Origin: an uncultured Halieaceae bacterium
GTDB taxonomy: Bacteria; Pseudomonadota; Gammaproteobacteria; Pseudomonadales; Halieaceae
DNA length: 64,000 bases
Assembly: GCA_913045375.1 (NCBI GenBank)
Contig: CAJWQE010000005.1
Span: 1,829 to 65,828 of the forward strand
Direction: 5' to 3'
The position numbers and the translations under genes were made by a program. This document shows positions 50,574 to 58,906 of this stretch, piece by piece; the first letter of the stretch is position 1, and each line of letters starts with the position of its first letter. The notes beneath the pieces are model-generated. The model did no database searches, was not told where the DNA came from, and saw only the letters and a list, made by a program, of their open reading frames with translations.

Positions 50574-50589
50574 TGGATTGATCATTCCA
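50574..50589. promoter_or_regulatory. Near-perfect 16-bp palindrome, candidate operator of the adjacent TetR
   Basis: TGGATTGA|TCATTCCA (7 of 8 positions complementary), 37 nt upstream of the TetR start at 50537. Confidence 0.35.
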
Positions 50590-50929
50590 CAAATACAAGA
50601 GAATCGCTATAAACACAGATGCCGGCCAAACTTGAATGCAAATCAACAGTCCCACATTATTTGACAACTGCACAAACGGATTTATTAGCCTTTACCAGGT
50701 GCCGGAATTGCGGCCTTCATATAAATCAATCAATTTTGCCAGGTCATCAAGTTAGTCGGATGTTGATAGAATGGTGTCTTCACTATACGCTGAGTTGTAC
50801 TCATCAATTACAGCTGACTGATTGCGACACAATGCCTCTATTTCATCCAGCTCGCCCTCCTCGAAACTGTCAAAGTAGTGCTCATATAGGTAAACCGTAT
50901 CATGTAGATCACGGGCAGCAGTTCGACCA

Positions 50930-50986
50930 TTAAGCGCCCTCAATCAGTTCCTTTTGGATCTCGTTGGCGCCGCCGTAAATTTTTTG
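50930..50986 (-). pseudogene. Extreme C-terminal remnant of an acyl-CoA dehydrogenase gene
   Basis: My translation gives QKIYGGANEIQKELIEGA* (stop at 50930-50932). The IYxGxNEIQ motif is the hallmark ACAD C-terminal helix. No ACAD body lies upstream, because the GPH transporter stop is at 51020. Confidence 0.4.
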
Positions 50987-51019
50987 TGGAGAAAAAGAGC
51001 TTATACTTATCGACTTTTG

Positions 51020-52444
51020 TTAAAGTTGACTTGAGATCGAGCCGTCTAGCTGCTGCCTAATAGCCATGTAACGTTCAGGACTCAAGGAATATTTCGAATA
51101 TACCCAAGCACCCACTAATACAAGAATTGCTATTCCAGGACCATACATCCAGCCAAGTTTTAACATCATATCGTGGCTTACTTCACTTGCAGACTCCACT
51201 CCGTCAAAACCCGCGAAATCTATCATCAACCCCGCCATAAATGTGCCAACACCAAATGTTACTTTCTGTGTGAGCATCATTGCTGAATTTAGTATGCCTT
51301 CCTGCCGCATACCATTTTGTGATGCTAAATCGTCGGCGATATCAGGGACCATTGCTCCGAGGATATTGGCATGGGCAATATAGAAAGATTGAGACAATAC
51401 GACAAAAATGCAGACGACAAGCAATAACTGGTTACTACCGGTTTCTGGAAGAAAGCCGTACAAGTGCAATAGCACTGGTATCGGCCCAATCAAAGCGGTA
51501 ATTATAAGAAAAAGAACAATCGCACGGGTTTTCCCCATAGCCCGAGATACTTTTACAGAAAGCAGAGACGCGAATGGTAGCGCAAACGCAATACAGAGCA
51601 TGAAGATACCCATTTGTTCACTGCTAAATCCGTAATAAAAACTGTTCACATGAATGAGCATTGTGTTGGATATGCCAATCGCTGTTGCTATAACAAGATT
51701 CGCCAGGAGAAAAATCCTAGACGAATCGACCTTCATCAGGCCAATCAAATCACTAAATGCCGAATACCAGGGTCGATGACTTTGTTCGTCACCAATTTGA
51801 TGCAGGTAGGGAATACGTGATTTGCTGCCCAGAATTGCCATGAGCATTCCAACAAATGCCACGGTGATAGCAAATACGCCAGTACTCACATAGCCCGATG
51901 CCAAGTCACCCTGAGCCGTTGCATGGGGTATCAAAACAAACCACGCGACCACTTGAATTAACAGGCCACAAAAAAAACCCAACACTGTGCGATAAACAGC
52001 GATACTGGTTCTTTCATGATAGCTATCACTGAGTTCAGCGCCGAGTGCCATATGGGGTACAGTAAAAAACGTTAATGACGTTCTAACCAGAATCGCCATG
52101 ATTAAATACCACGAGAATAACTGCCACTGTGACAGCTCCGCGGGCGGATTAAATATGGCAAACACACCAAGGCAAAATGGCACAACAGACCACATCATAA
52201 ATGGATGCCGTCTGCCCCACTTTTTCGACTTCCATCTATCAGAGAGATGACCAATAATCGGATCAGAAATACCGTCAGCAATCAGCGCTAAAAGTGCAGC
52301 CAGGCCTGCAAGACTTGCCGAAAGACCAAGAATTTGGCTGTAATAGAAGAACAGAAAGAACTGGAAACAGGCATCTTTTGCTGCCCATGCAGCATAGCCT
52401 GCTCCGTAATAGAACTTTGTTTTTTTACTTAACGTCGACGGCAT
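51020..52444 (-). CDS. GPH/MFS_2-family (glycoside-pentoside-hexuronide type) cation symporter
   Basis: 474 aa, 12-TM-like, KFYYGAGYAAWAAKD..FFLFFYYSQILGLS...ADGISDPIIGHLSDR...GRRHPFM, the typical GPH N-terminal signature. The block is markedly AT-rich. Confidence 0.8.
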   Translation of the reverse strand: MPSTLSKKTKFYYGAGYAAWAAKDACFQFFLFFYYSQILGLSASLAGLAALLALIADGISDPIIGHLSDRWKSKKWGRRHPFMMWSVVPFCLGVFAIFNPPAELSQWQLFSWYLIMAILVRTSLTFFTVPHMALGAELSDSYHERTSIAVYRTVLGFFCGLLIQVVAWFVLIPHATAQGDLASGYVSTGVFAITVAFVGMLMAILGSKSRIPYLHQIGDEQSHRPWYSAFSDLIGLMKVDSSRIFLLANLVIATAIGISNTMLIHVNSFYYGFSSEQMGIFMLCIAFALPFASLLSVKVSRAMGKTRAIVLFLIITALIGPIPVLLHLYGFLPETGSNQLLLVVCIFVVLSQSFYIAHANILGAMVPDIADDLASQNGMRQEGILNSAMMLTQKVTFGVGTFMAGLMIDFAGFDGVESASEVSHDMMLKLGWMYGPGIAILVLVGAWVYSKYSLSPERYMAIRQQLDGSISSQL

Positions 52445-52543
52445 TTCGCACTACCACTCAACAATCGGGTAGGAGGCCGGATTGCTCCCGCCGTCATCCC
52501 ACACCACCGGGCATACGGTTCCGTACCACGGCGGTTCATGTGG

Positions 52544-53386
52544 TCAGGCGCTGGTACCGTGGTCGCCAAATTTTTCATCGCGGTCGGCAACGGCACTCGC
52601 AACGCCTCCTTCAACGAGCTTTTTGAAGAAACCCTGGGTGGTTTCGGTAAAACAGGCCAGAGCCTGCATTTCCGTGCCCGCACGGATACCCGCACGAATA
52701 CCCATGATGTCCATCTGACGGTGAACACTGCGCTTGCAGATCTGTTGTACATCGGTGGGTATTTTTGTCATGCGCTCTGCTACCTTCAGCACCTCTTCCT
52801 CCAGTACGTCAGGTGCGAATGAGGCATTGGCAAAACCCTGCTGCGCGGCCTGCTTGCCGGTAATACCGTCACCGGTGAGCATCAGGTACATCGCGTTGCG
52901 AAAACCCATCAGCCAGGGTATCGCCTGGTTGTCCGGGGGGCTCAGTGAGCGCACGGGCGGGTAGCCAATGTTGGCATCGTCGGCGACGAACACCAGGTCA
53001 CAGGACTGCGCCAGTTCAAAACCACCCGCCAGGCAGTGCCCGGATACCTGCCCGATCACGGGCTTCGCGAGGTCCCAGATACGGAAACAACCCTCGGTGA
53101 CCTGGCGGGGCCAGGCGCCCAGCCCCTCGGAGGTAAAGAACGGGTAGTTCTCGCTAAACTCCTTTGGCTCGGAGAGGTCGTAACCGGCGGAGAAACACTG
53201 TTCGTTGCCACGGATGATGGTGAGATTGATATCGTCATCGGTATCAACCCGGGTCAGTTCGGTGAACAACTCCCTGCGCAGCTGGTCAGATAGCGCATTG
53301 CGCTTATCGGGCCGGTTCAGGGTAATGCGGTTGACCCGTTCGATGGGGCGATCCACCTTGATGCAGGTATAGTCCTCAATGTTCAT
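52544..53386 (-). CDS. Enoyl-CoA hydratase/crotonase family protein
   Basis: 280 aa, ITLNRPDKRNALS...GNEQCFSAGYDL...GHCLAGGFELAQSCD... Confidence 0.85.
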   Translation of the reverse strand: MNIEDYTCIKVDRPIERVNRITLNRPDKRNALSDQLRRELFTELTRVDTDDDINLTIIRGNEQCFSAGYDLSEPKEFSENYPFFTSEGLGAWPRQVTEGCFRIWDLAKPVIGQVSGHCLAGGFELAQSCDLVFVADDANIGYPPVRSLSPPDNQAIPWLMGFRNAMYLMLTGDGITGKQAAQQGFANASFAPDVLEEEVLKVAERMTKIPTDVQQICKRSVHRQMDIMGIRAGIRAGTEMQALACFTETTQGFFKKLVEGGVASAVADRDEKFGDHGTSA

Positions 53387-53535
53387 TCCTGTTTACTCCC
53401 TTCCTTTAGTTCAACACAATTCCCATCCGGGTCCTGGAGCAGGCAAACGCTCACACCGGTGAGAATTTCGGTTTTCGGCTTCGGCACATTGACGCCTGCG
53501 GCAATTTTCTCCTGCGAACGTCTAGCTTTGGTCAT
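53383..53535 (-). pseudogene. Short ORF that looks like the C-terminal piece of a VOC/glyoxalase-family protein
   Basis: My translation (50 aa) gives MTKARRSQEKIAAGVNVPKPKTEILTGVSVCLLQDPDGNCVELKEGSKQE*. The motif L.DPDGN.VEL is the typical VOC C-terminal strand. Its TGA overlaps the ATG of the downstream crotonase (ATGA). It is too short to form a full VOC domain. Confidence 0.45.
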
Positions 53536-53625
53536 AAAACATCACGTTGTAGACGGATGGGGACGAAATTCCCCCCAGTCGGAAATGAGATTACTAACCA
53601 ACTATACCGCCCATTCAGGAAGGGC

Positions 53626-55719
53626 TTAAAAGGGGGAAACACCCCAGCTTATAAAGAATAGACTCAAGCAAACTGCCGCGAGTCCATTGGCCAGATAGCC
53701 CAACAGCAAATGAGCAGCGATCCCGGCTTTCATGCGAACCTGAATAATCTGGTAGATAACGATTAAACCCATCACCCCGGCGATATAAACCAATATCAGG
53801 CCGTATCTGGCCCACGGCACAAGTCCGAATAAGATCAGAGTTTCCGTCACGTTTATCGTCGCCGCTGCAGCCGCCGCAAAAACAGCCAGACCGGTAAACG
53901 CTGTTACGCTCGCCAACCAACTCAAAGGCCTGGCACTCGCCACATACACCGGATTTTTCTCACTGGTTCGATTGATGAACCAGTTGATCGAATGAACAAA
54001 CAGGCCAATAACAAGCAGTAAAACCGAAACGCCTACCCAAACGATAGGTTTGGCCAGTTTATTTTTATCCTCTGTGGCTATCAGAGATAACTGTGCAAAT
54101 AAGTCGGTAGTCATCAACGGCGCGATAAATTCGGGCGCTTTCACTTGCTCAACACAGGACAAGTCAGGCTGGCGCTGAGGCGAGTCATAAAACAGGTTTA
54201 GCATGTCACCGGCGCACTCAACAGATCGTGTCGGTCCGTGTCCGGCGTAAGGAAACTCCACGTAAGTTCCGTTCTTAAAGCCGGGCAATATCTCCCTGGC
54301 TAGCGGCGGCGGCGTAACTGGATCCATATCCCCCGCGATTATCAAGCTTGGGATTGAAGTCTCGGTCATCGCATATTCAGCCGCATCTCGAGGCGCCACC
54401 TGCATTTCACGGCAAATATCGCTGATGGCCTGATATGACGCTTCACTACCATACACCGGGGCGAGCACTTCAAAGTCTCTGAGGTCAGCCAGTCCAGATG
54501 CACGCTGCGAATCTCGCCCTCCGTCCAGACACAACACCGCGTCATGCATTCCGCGACTAAAGGTGAAGAAATTACTTGGCGCTTGCAAAATCAATTTAAA
54601 GAAGGATTCGTCACGTTGCCGAATTTTTTCTGACCAGCCATGAATAATCGCCGGTAACGCCGGAAAATTAGAGTCTTCGTACAGCAGCATAAAGGGCAAT
54701 CCCGCAGCTTCATACTCGAACAGGCGAGCCTGACCGTCCGGATAATGCTCAACGTCCTTTACTTCAACGCTGATGGGAGAATTAGTGACACTTTGGGCGA
54801 CAGCGCGCACTTGCGCCCCTAAATCCGGATAATATTCAGCGCAGTTTTCATCCTGTTGACACGCCTCATCCAACTTTTTGAGGTCTCTGTCATACCATTT
54901 GGCCATTCGCCAGTACAAGGCATCATCGCGTGCAAATAGCGGCATAACGGAGTCCAGCGCCACGGCTTTGATTCCCTGGGGATCTTGCTTCAGGTAAGCC
55001 TGACCTAATATCGTCCCATAGGAGAGACCCCATACATTCCATGACTCAAATCCCAGCGCCATCCGCAAGGCCTGAACATCTCGCGCATTTTCGATGGTGT
55101 TATAACCGCTTAGGTCAACCCCGGCCCGAGCCGCGTTGTGGAAACACTGCCTGATGGCATCATTCTTCTGTGCGAGCTTTTCCGCATAGGTCTTGGGGCT
55201 CTTTATGCTCAACTGTCTCGTGCTGTAAAAAGGACAAAAGTCATCAGAATAGCCGATACCGCGTTGCTCAAGAATGTATAAATCACGATGTTTGATCAGG
55301 CCGTGGTCTTTAAAACGCTTCACATAGGTGGTGACCTTAGCACCGGGACCGCCGGTTAAATAAATCACCGGATCATCGCGTTTGCCCGCCTTGGGTTGGG
55401 TCCACTTGACTTCAGCATCGTTAGCTTCATCCACTTTCGCGTTGATTTTGACAAAGTGAAGCTCGATAAAACGCGAATCCGCCTTTTCCCGGTTCTCAGG
55501 CACCTCCAGCAGACCGCATTCGATATCCCCTGGCTCATAGTCCACTTCATTTTTAAAGGGACAGACAATGCTGTCGATTCGTAACGAATCACGGGCGAAC
55601 AGATCAGGCTGAACCTTCAAACCGGATTGGTCGACTTCAGATAGCTGCGCAAGCGCGGGTAAAGCCAGGCAGGTTAAAGATAAGGCTAATATAAAATTGC
55701 TGAGCGTTTTGCGCTGCAT
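53626..55719 (-). CDS. Secreted alpha/beta-hydrolase (S33 / TAP-like tripeptidyl-aminopeptidase type) fused to a C-terminal polytopic membrane domain
   Basis: 697 aa. Signal peptide MQRKTLSNFILALSLTCLALPALA. Nucleophile elbow WGLSYGT. TAP-like C-terminal region PSLIIAGDMDPVTPP...YAGHGP. The last 200 or so aa contain 4-5 hydrophobic helices (PIVWVGVSVLLLVIGLFV..., LSWLASVTAFTGLAVFAAAAAA..., GLILVYIAGVMGLIVIYQII..., LLLGYLANGLAAVCLSLFFI...). Confidence 0.78.
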   Translation of the reverse strand: MQRKTLSNFILALSLTCLALPALAQLSEVDQSGLKVQPDLFARDSLRIDSIVCPFKNEVDYEPGDIECGLLEVPENREKADSRFIELHFVKINAKVDEANDAEVKWTQPKAGKRDDPVIYLTGGPGAKVTTYVKRFKDHGLIKHRDLYILEQRGIGYSDDFCPFYSTRQLSIKSPKTYAEKLAQKNDAIRQCFHNAARAGVDLSGYNTIENARDVQALRMALGFESWNVWGLSYGTILGQAYLKQDPQGIKAVALDSVMPLFARDDALYWRMAKWYDRDLKKLDEACQQDENCAEYYPDLGAQVRAVAQSVTNSPISVEVKDVEHYPDGQARLFEYEAAGLPFMLLYEDSNFPALPAIIHGWSEKIRQRDESFFKLILQAPSNFFTFSRGMHDAVLCLDGGRDSQRASGLADLRDFEVLAPVYGSEASYQAISDICREMQVAPRDAAEYAMTETSIPSLIIAGDMDPVTPPPLAREILPGFKNGTYVEFPYAGHGPTRSVECAGDMLNLFYDSPQRQPDLSCVEQVKAPEFIAPLMTTDLFAQLSLIATEDKNKLAKPIVWVGVSVLLLVIGLFVHSINWFINRTSEKNPVYVASARPLSWLASVTAFTGLAVFAAAAAATINVTETLILFGLVPWARYGLILVYIAGVMGLIVIYQIIQVRMKAGIAAHLLLGYLANGLAAVCLSLFFISWGVSPF

Positions 55720-55779
55720 TGATCACGGCCTTTGTTCATGGCGTTTTTTTTGGGTAAAGATAAAGCACGCAAGTAAGCG

Positions 55780-57066
55780 TTACTGGTTCTTGTAGACCAC
55801 TCCATCTTTCATCACGAACTTGACGTCAGTCATCAGCTCGATGTTTTCAAGAGGATTTCCCTCTACGGCAACCAGGTCCGCCAGCTTACCCACCTCAACT
55901 GAACCGAGTTTGTCGGAAATACGCAGCAGGTCGGCAGCGTTCACCGTTGCCGCCTGTATGGCCTCCATCTCCGGCATACCCGCTTCCACCATGTACACAA
56001 ATTCATGGCTGCTCAGGGCATGGGGAAACACGCCGTTGTCTGCACCAAACGCTATTTTGACGCCTGCTTTGTACGCCTTGGCGAAGGTACCCTGTATCTT
56101 CGGTCCAATCTCTCTCGCCTTGGGCTGGATCATGGGAGGGTAGAAATCGGCATGCTTGGCCACCCACTTGCCAGCAGAAATCGTCGGCACATAGTAGGTG
56201 CCCTTTTTCTTCATCAGTTTCATGATCTCCGGGGTCATGTAGGTACCGTGCTCTACCGAGTGAACCCCGGCTTCCACCGCGCGCTTCATGCCTTCCGCAC
56301 CGTGGGCATGCACCGCCACAACAAAGTTGTAGTCGTTAGCCGCTTGCATGATGGCCTCGAGTTCATCCGCCATGAACTGCGTGTTATCACCGCTCCTGGC
56401 CAGGCTCCCGACACCGCCGGTGACTGTCAGCTTAATCACATCGGAACCATCTTTGTAACGTTGTCGAACCGCCTGGCGTGCCTCATAGGGACCATTCACC
56501 ACACCCTCGGTGGGCCCCGGCGGTCCCATTAGGTGGGAGAGAGTGCGGTTCAAACCGTTGGTCTGGTCGGCGTGACCACCAGTAGTAGCAATCGCAGTCC
56601 CCGCCGCATAGATGCGAGGCCCCGGTATGTAGCCCGCATTCACCGCATCACGCAGATTCAGCGTGGTTATGCCACCCAGGTTACGCACTGTAGTAAAACC
56701 GGCCATCAGCACATCTTCCACGTAGTCCGTTGCCCGCAGGGCCCGATCTGCCTCGTCCCGGAGGAAGGCGTCAGTAAGCGCTTCGGCCGGATTCGGGTTT
56801 ATATCCAGGTGGGTGTGCATATCCATCAGACCCGGCATCAGAGTGTGGTTTTTCAGGTCGATGACTTCCTGACCGTCCGTGGCCGCTACATAGCCCTTCT
56901 CTATTCCGACAATCTGCTGATCCTTAACGAGCACGGACATCTGTTCCATGGCCTTGCTGCTGTTGCCATCGATCAGTCGGCCCGCATGGATCACGTAGTC
57001 GCCGGCGACAGCCGACACAGAGCCAAGTAGTGCCAGAGCGGCAAACACTATTGAGATTAATTTCAT
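55780..57066 (-). CDS. Periplasmic metal-dependent amidohydrolase (COG1228-type, dipeptidase/prolidase-like)
   Basis: 428 aa. Signal peptide [21 protein letters not shown]. The metal-binding HxH is in [10 protein letters not shown], with further motifs VAVHAHG and FGADNG. Confidence 0.85.
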   Translation of the reverse strand: MKLISIVFAALALLGSVSAVAGDYVIHAGRLIDGNSSKAMEQMSVLVKDQQIVGIEKGYVAATDGQEVIDLKNHTLMPGLMDMHTHLDINPNPAEALTDAFLRDEADRALRATDYVEDVLMAGFTTVRNLGGITTLNLRDAVNAGYIPGPRIYAAGTAIATTGGHADQTNGLNRTLSHLMGPPGPTEGVVNGPYEARQAVRQRYKDGSDVIKLTVTGGVGSLARSGDNTQFMADELEAIMQAANDYNFVVAVHAHGAEGMKRAVEAGVHSVEHGTYMTPEIMKLMKKKGTYYVPTISAGKWVAKHADFYPPMIQPKAREIGPKIQGTFAKAYKAGVKIAFGADNGVFPHALSSHEFVYMVEAGMPEMEAIQAATVNAADLLRISDKLGSVEVGKLADLVAVEGNPLENIELMTDVKFVMKDGVVYKNQ

Positions 57067-57122
57067 TTACCTTATCTCCTTGGTTATCGTTGCAGGCTTC
57101 GCTATCGCTGCTTACCCGCCTA

Positions 57123-58889
57123 CTACTGGTTCTCGATCCAGCGGTCAATTTTCGCATCCAGTACGCTCAGCGGCAGTGAGCCACCTTCCAGTACTACCAC
57201 GTGGAATTCACGCAGGTCGAATTTGTCGCCCAGGGCCTGCTCAGCGCGCCGGCGCAGTTCCTTGATCTTGAGTTCACCGAGCTTGTAGGACGTGGCCTGG
57301 CCCGGATAGGTGATGTAACGATCTACCTCGGAAACCACGTTCTGCTCTGTGAGACCGGTGTTCGCCATCATGTAATCGATGGCTTGCTGGCGGGTCCAGC
57401 CCTTGGCATGCATACCGGTGTCCACCACCAGGCGCACGGCGCGCCATACTCCGTAGATCAGGCGGCCAAAGCGCTCGTAGGGTGTGGTGTAAACACCCAT
57501 CTCCTCACCCAGCCACTCGGAGTACAGCCCCCAGCCTTCACCGTAGGCGTGGAAGTAATACTCCCGGCGCCACTGGGGCAGGCTCTGGTTTTCCTGTTGA
57601 AAGGATATTTGCAGGTGATGACCTGGAACCCCCTCGTGCAGGGACAGGCCCACCAATTCGTACAGGGGGCGGCTGCTCAGGTCGTAGGTGTTAACGAAAT
57701 ACTGGCCAGCGCGGGTGCCATCACTGGCTCCCGGCTGGTAGTAAGCGGTGGCCGTCCTGGGTGCGGTTTGAGCTGGTACTGGCTTGATCCCATAGGGGTT
57801 ACTCGGCAGGCGGCTGAAGTAGCCGGGCAGTTTGCCATCGATGCTCTTCGCTACCCAGGCCACGTGGTTCAGATAGTCCTGTTCATTGGTCTTGTAGAAC
57901 TGTTCATCGCTGCGCAGGAATTCCAGGAACGCGGCAAAGTCACCGTCGAACGCCACTTCCTCGATAATCTGGCGCATTTCGGCCTGTATACGCTCCACTT
58001 CAGACAAGCCCAGGGCATGCACCGTATCGGCGTCAGTATCCAGACTGGTGTAGTAGCGCAGCAACTGGTCGTAGGCAGCGCGACCACCGGGCAGTGAGCT
58101 GAGCCCAGCCTCCTTTCTGCAGGCCGACATATAGGTATCAGCGAACCAAGCCGCATAACGCTTGTAGGCGGGGTTAATTTGCTTATGGATCAATGTGGCC
58201 GCTTCGGTCCGCAACTCCGCCTGCACTTCTGCCGGGATCGACTCCGGCAATCGCGCGAAGGGGATTATGAACGCGCTCTTTAGCGGATCATCGGCGACAT
58301 AAGCCGAGATAGTAGCGTCATAGCCCTGCAGGGAGTCACAGGGCTGGGTGTATCCGGCAGCTATACCCTCTTCCAACAGGGCAATATTCTGGTCGGCGAA
58401 GCGGCCTACCTGGGACATGCGCGAGAGCAGGTCACGATAATCCTCTTCATTGAAGTAAGGCTGCGCCAGGAATAGCCCCACCAGGCCGCTATGCCAACCC
58501 GTTAAGGTGTTGAAGGCAAAGAAACGGCTATTGTGATCCAGGTTGGCCCGCTCATTGCGCAGCATCCAATTGTAGGCCTCGAAGTGTTCCCGGTTCTCCG
58601 GTGAGAGTTTGTTAACACGCACCTTGGCCAGGGCCTCGATATAGTCGTCCAGGCGTTTCACCTGCGCGGCACGGGCCTCCGGGCCAAAATCATCCAGCAC
58701 ATCTCTCGGGCCCTGGGCACCGAAGCCCGCTGCTATAAGCGGATAGGCTTCCACGTACTCCGCCCAGTAGTCCGCCATTTGCTGTTCGAGGCGACGGTCA
58801 TCCCCACCAGCCTGTGCTTCTGCGCCCAGGATAAGAAGGAAAGACAGCGCCCAATGGGCAGCACCGGTGATTTTTCCAGCTTGTTTCAT
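57123..58889 (-). CDS. DUF885-family protein (putative periplasmic metallohydrolase)
   Basis: 588 aa with a signal peptide and the family-typical HEGVPGHHLQ motif. Confidence 0.83.
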   Translation of the reverse strand: MKQAGKITGAAHWALSFLLILGAEAQAGGDDRRLEQQMADYWAEYVEAYPLIAAGFGAQGPRDVLDDFGPEARAAQVKRLDDYIEALAKVRVNKLSPENREHFEAYNWMLRNERANLDHNSRFFAFNTLTGWHSGLVGLFLAQPYFNEEDYRDLLSRMSQVGRFADQNIALLEEGIAAGYTQPCDSLQGYDATISAYVADDPLKSAFIIPFARLPESIPAEVQAELRTEAATLIHKQINPAYKRYAAWFADTYMSACRKEAGLSSLPGGRAAYDQLLRYYTSLDTDADTVHALGLSEVERIQAEMRQIIEEVAFDGDFAAFLEFLRSDEQFYKTNEQDYLNHVAWVAKSIDGKLPGYFSRLPSNPYGIKPVPAQTAPRTATAYYQPGASDGTRAGQYFVNTYDLSSRPLYELVGLSLHEGVPGHHLQISFQQENQSLPQWRREYYFHAYGEGWGLYSEWLGEEMGVYTTPYERFGRLIYGVWRAVRLVVDTGMHAKGWTRQQAIDYMMANTGLTEQNVVSEVDRYITYPGQATSYKLGELKIKELRRRAEQALGDKFDLREFHVVVLEGGSLPLSVLDAKIDRWIENQ

Positions 58890-58906
58890 CGGTCTATCTT
58901 CGTTGT

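Noticed and set aside
50752-50943. A 63-aa acidic ORF considered as a bona fide small protein gene.
   Set aside because: The only possible start is a TTG directly after an in-frame stop. There is no ATG or GTG, and I noted no SD. It overlaps the ACAD remnant. I kept it as a question within a finding rather than as a feature.
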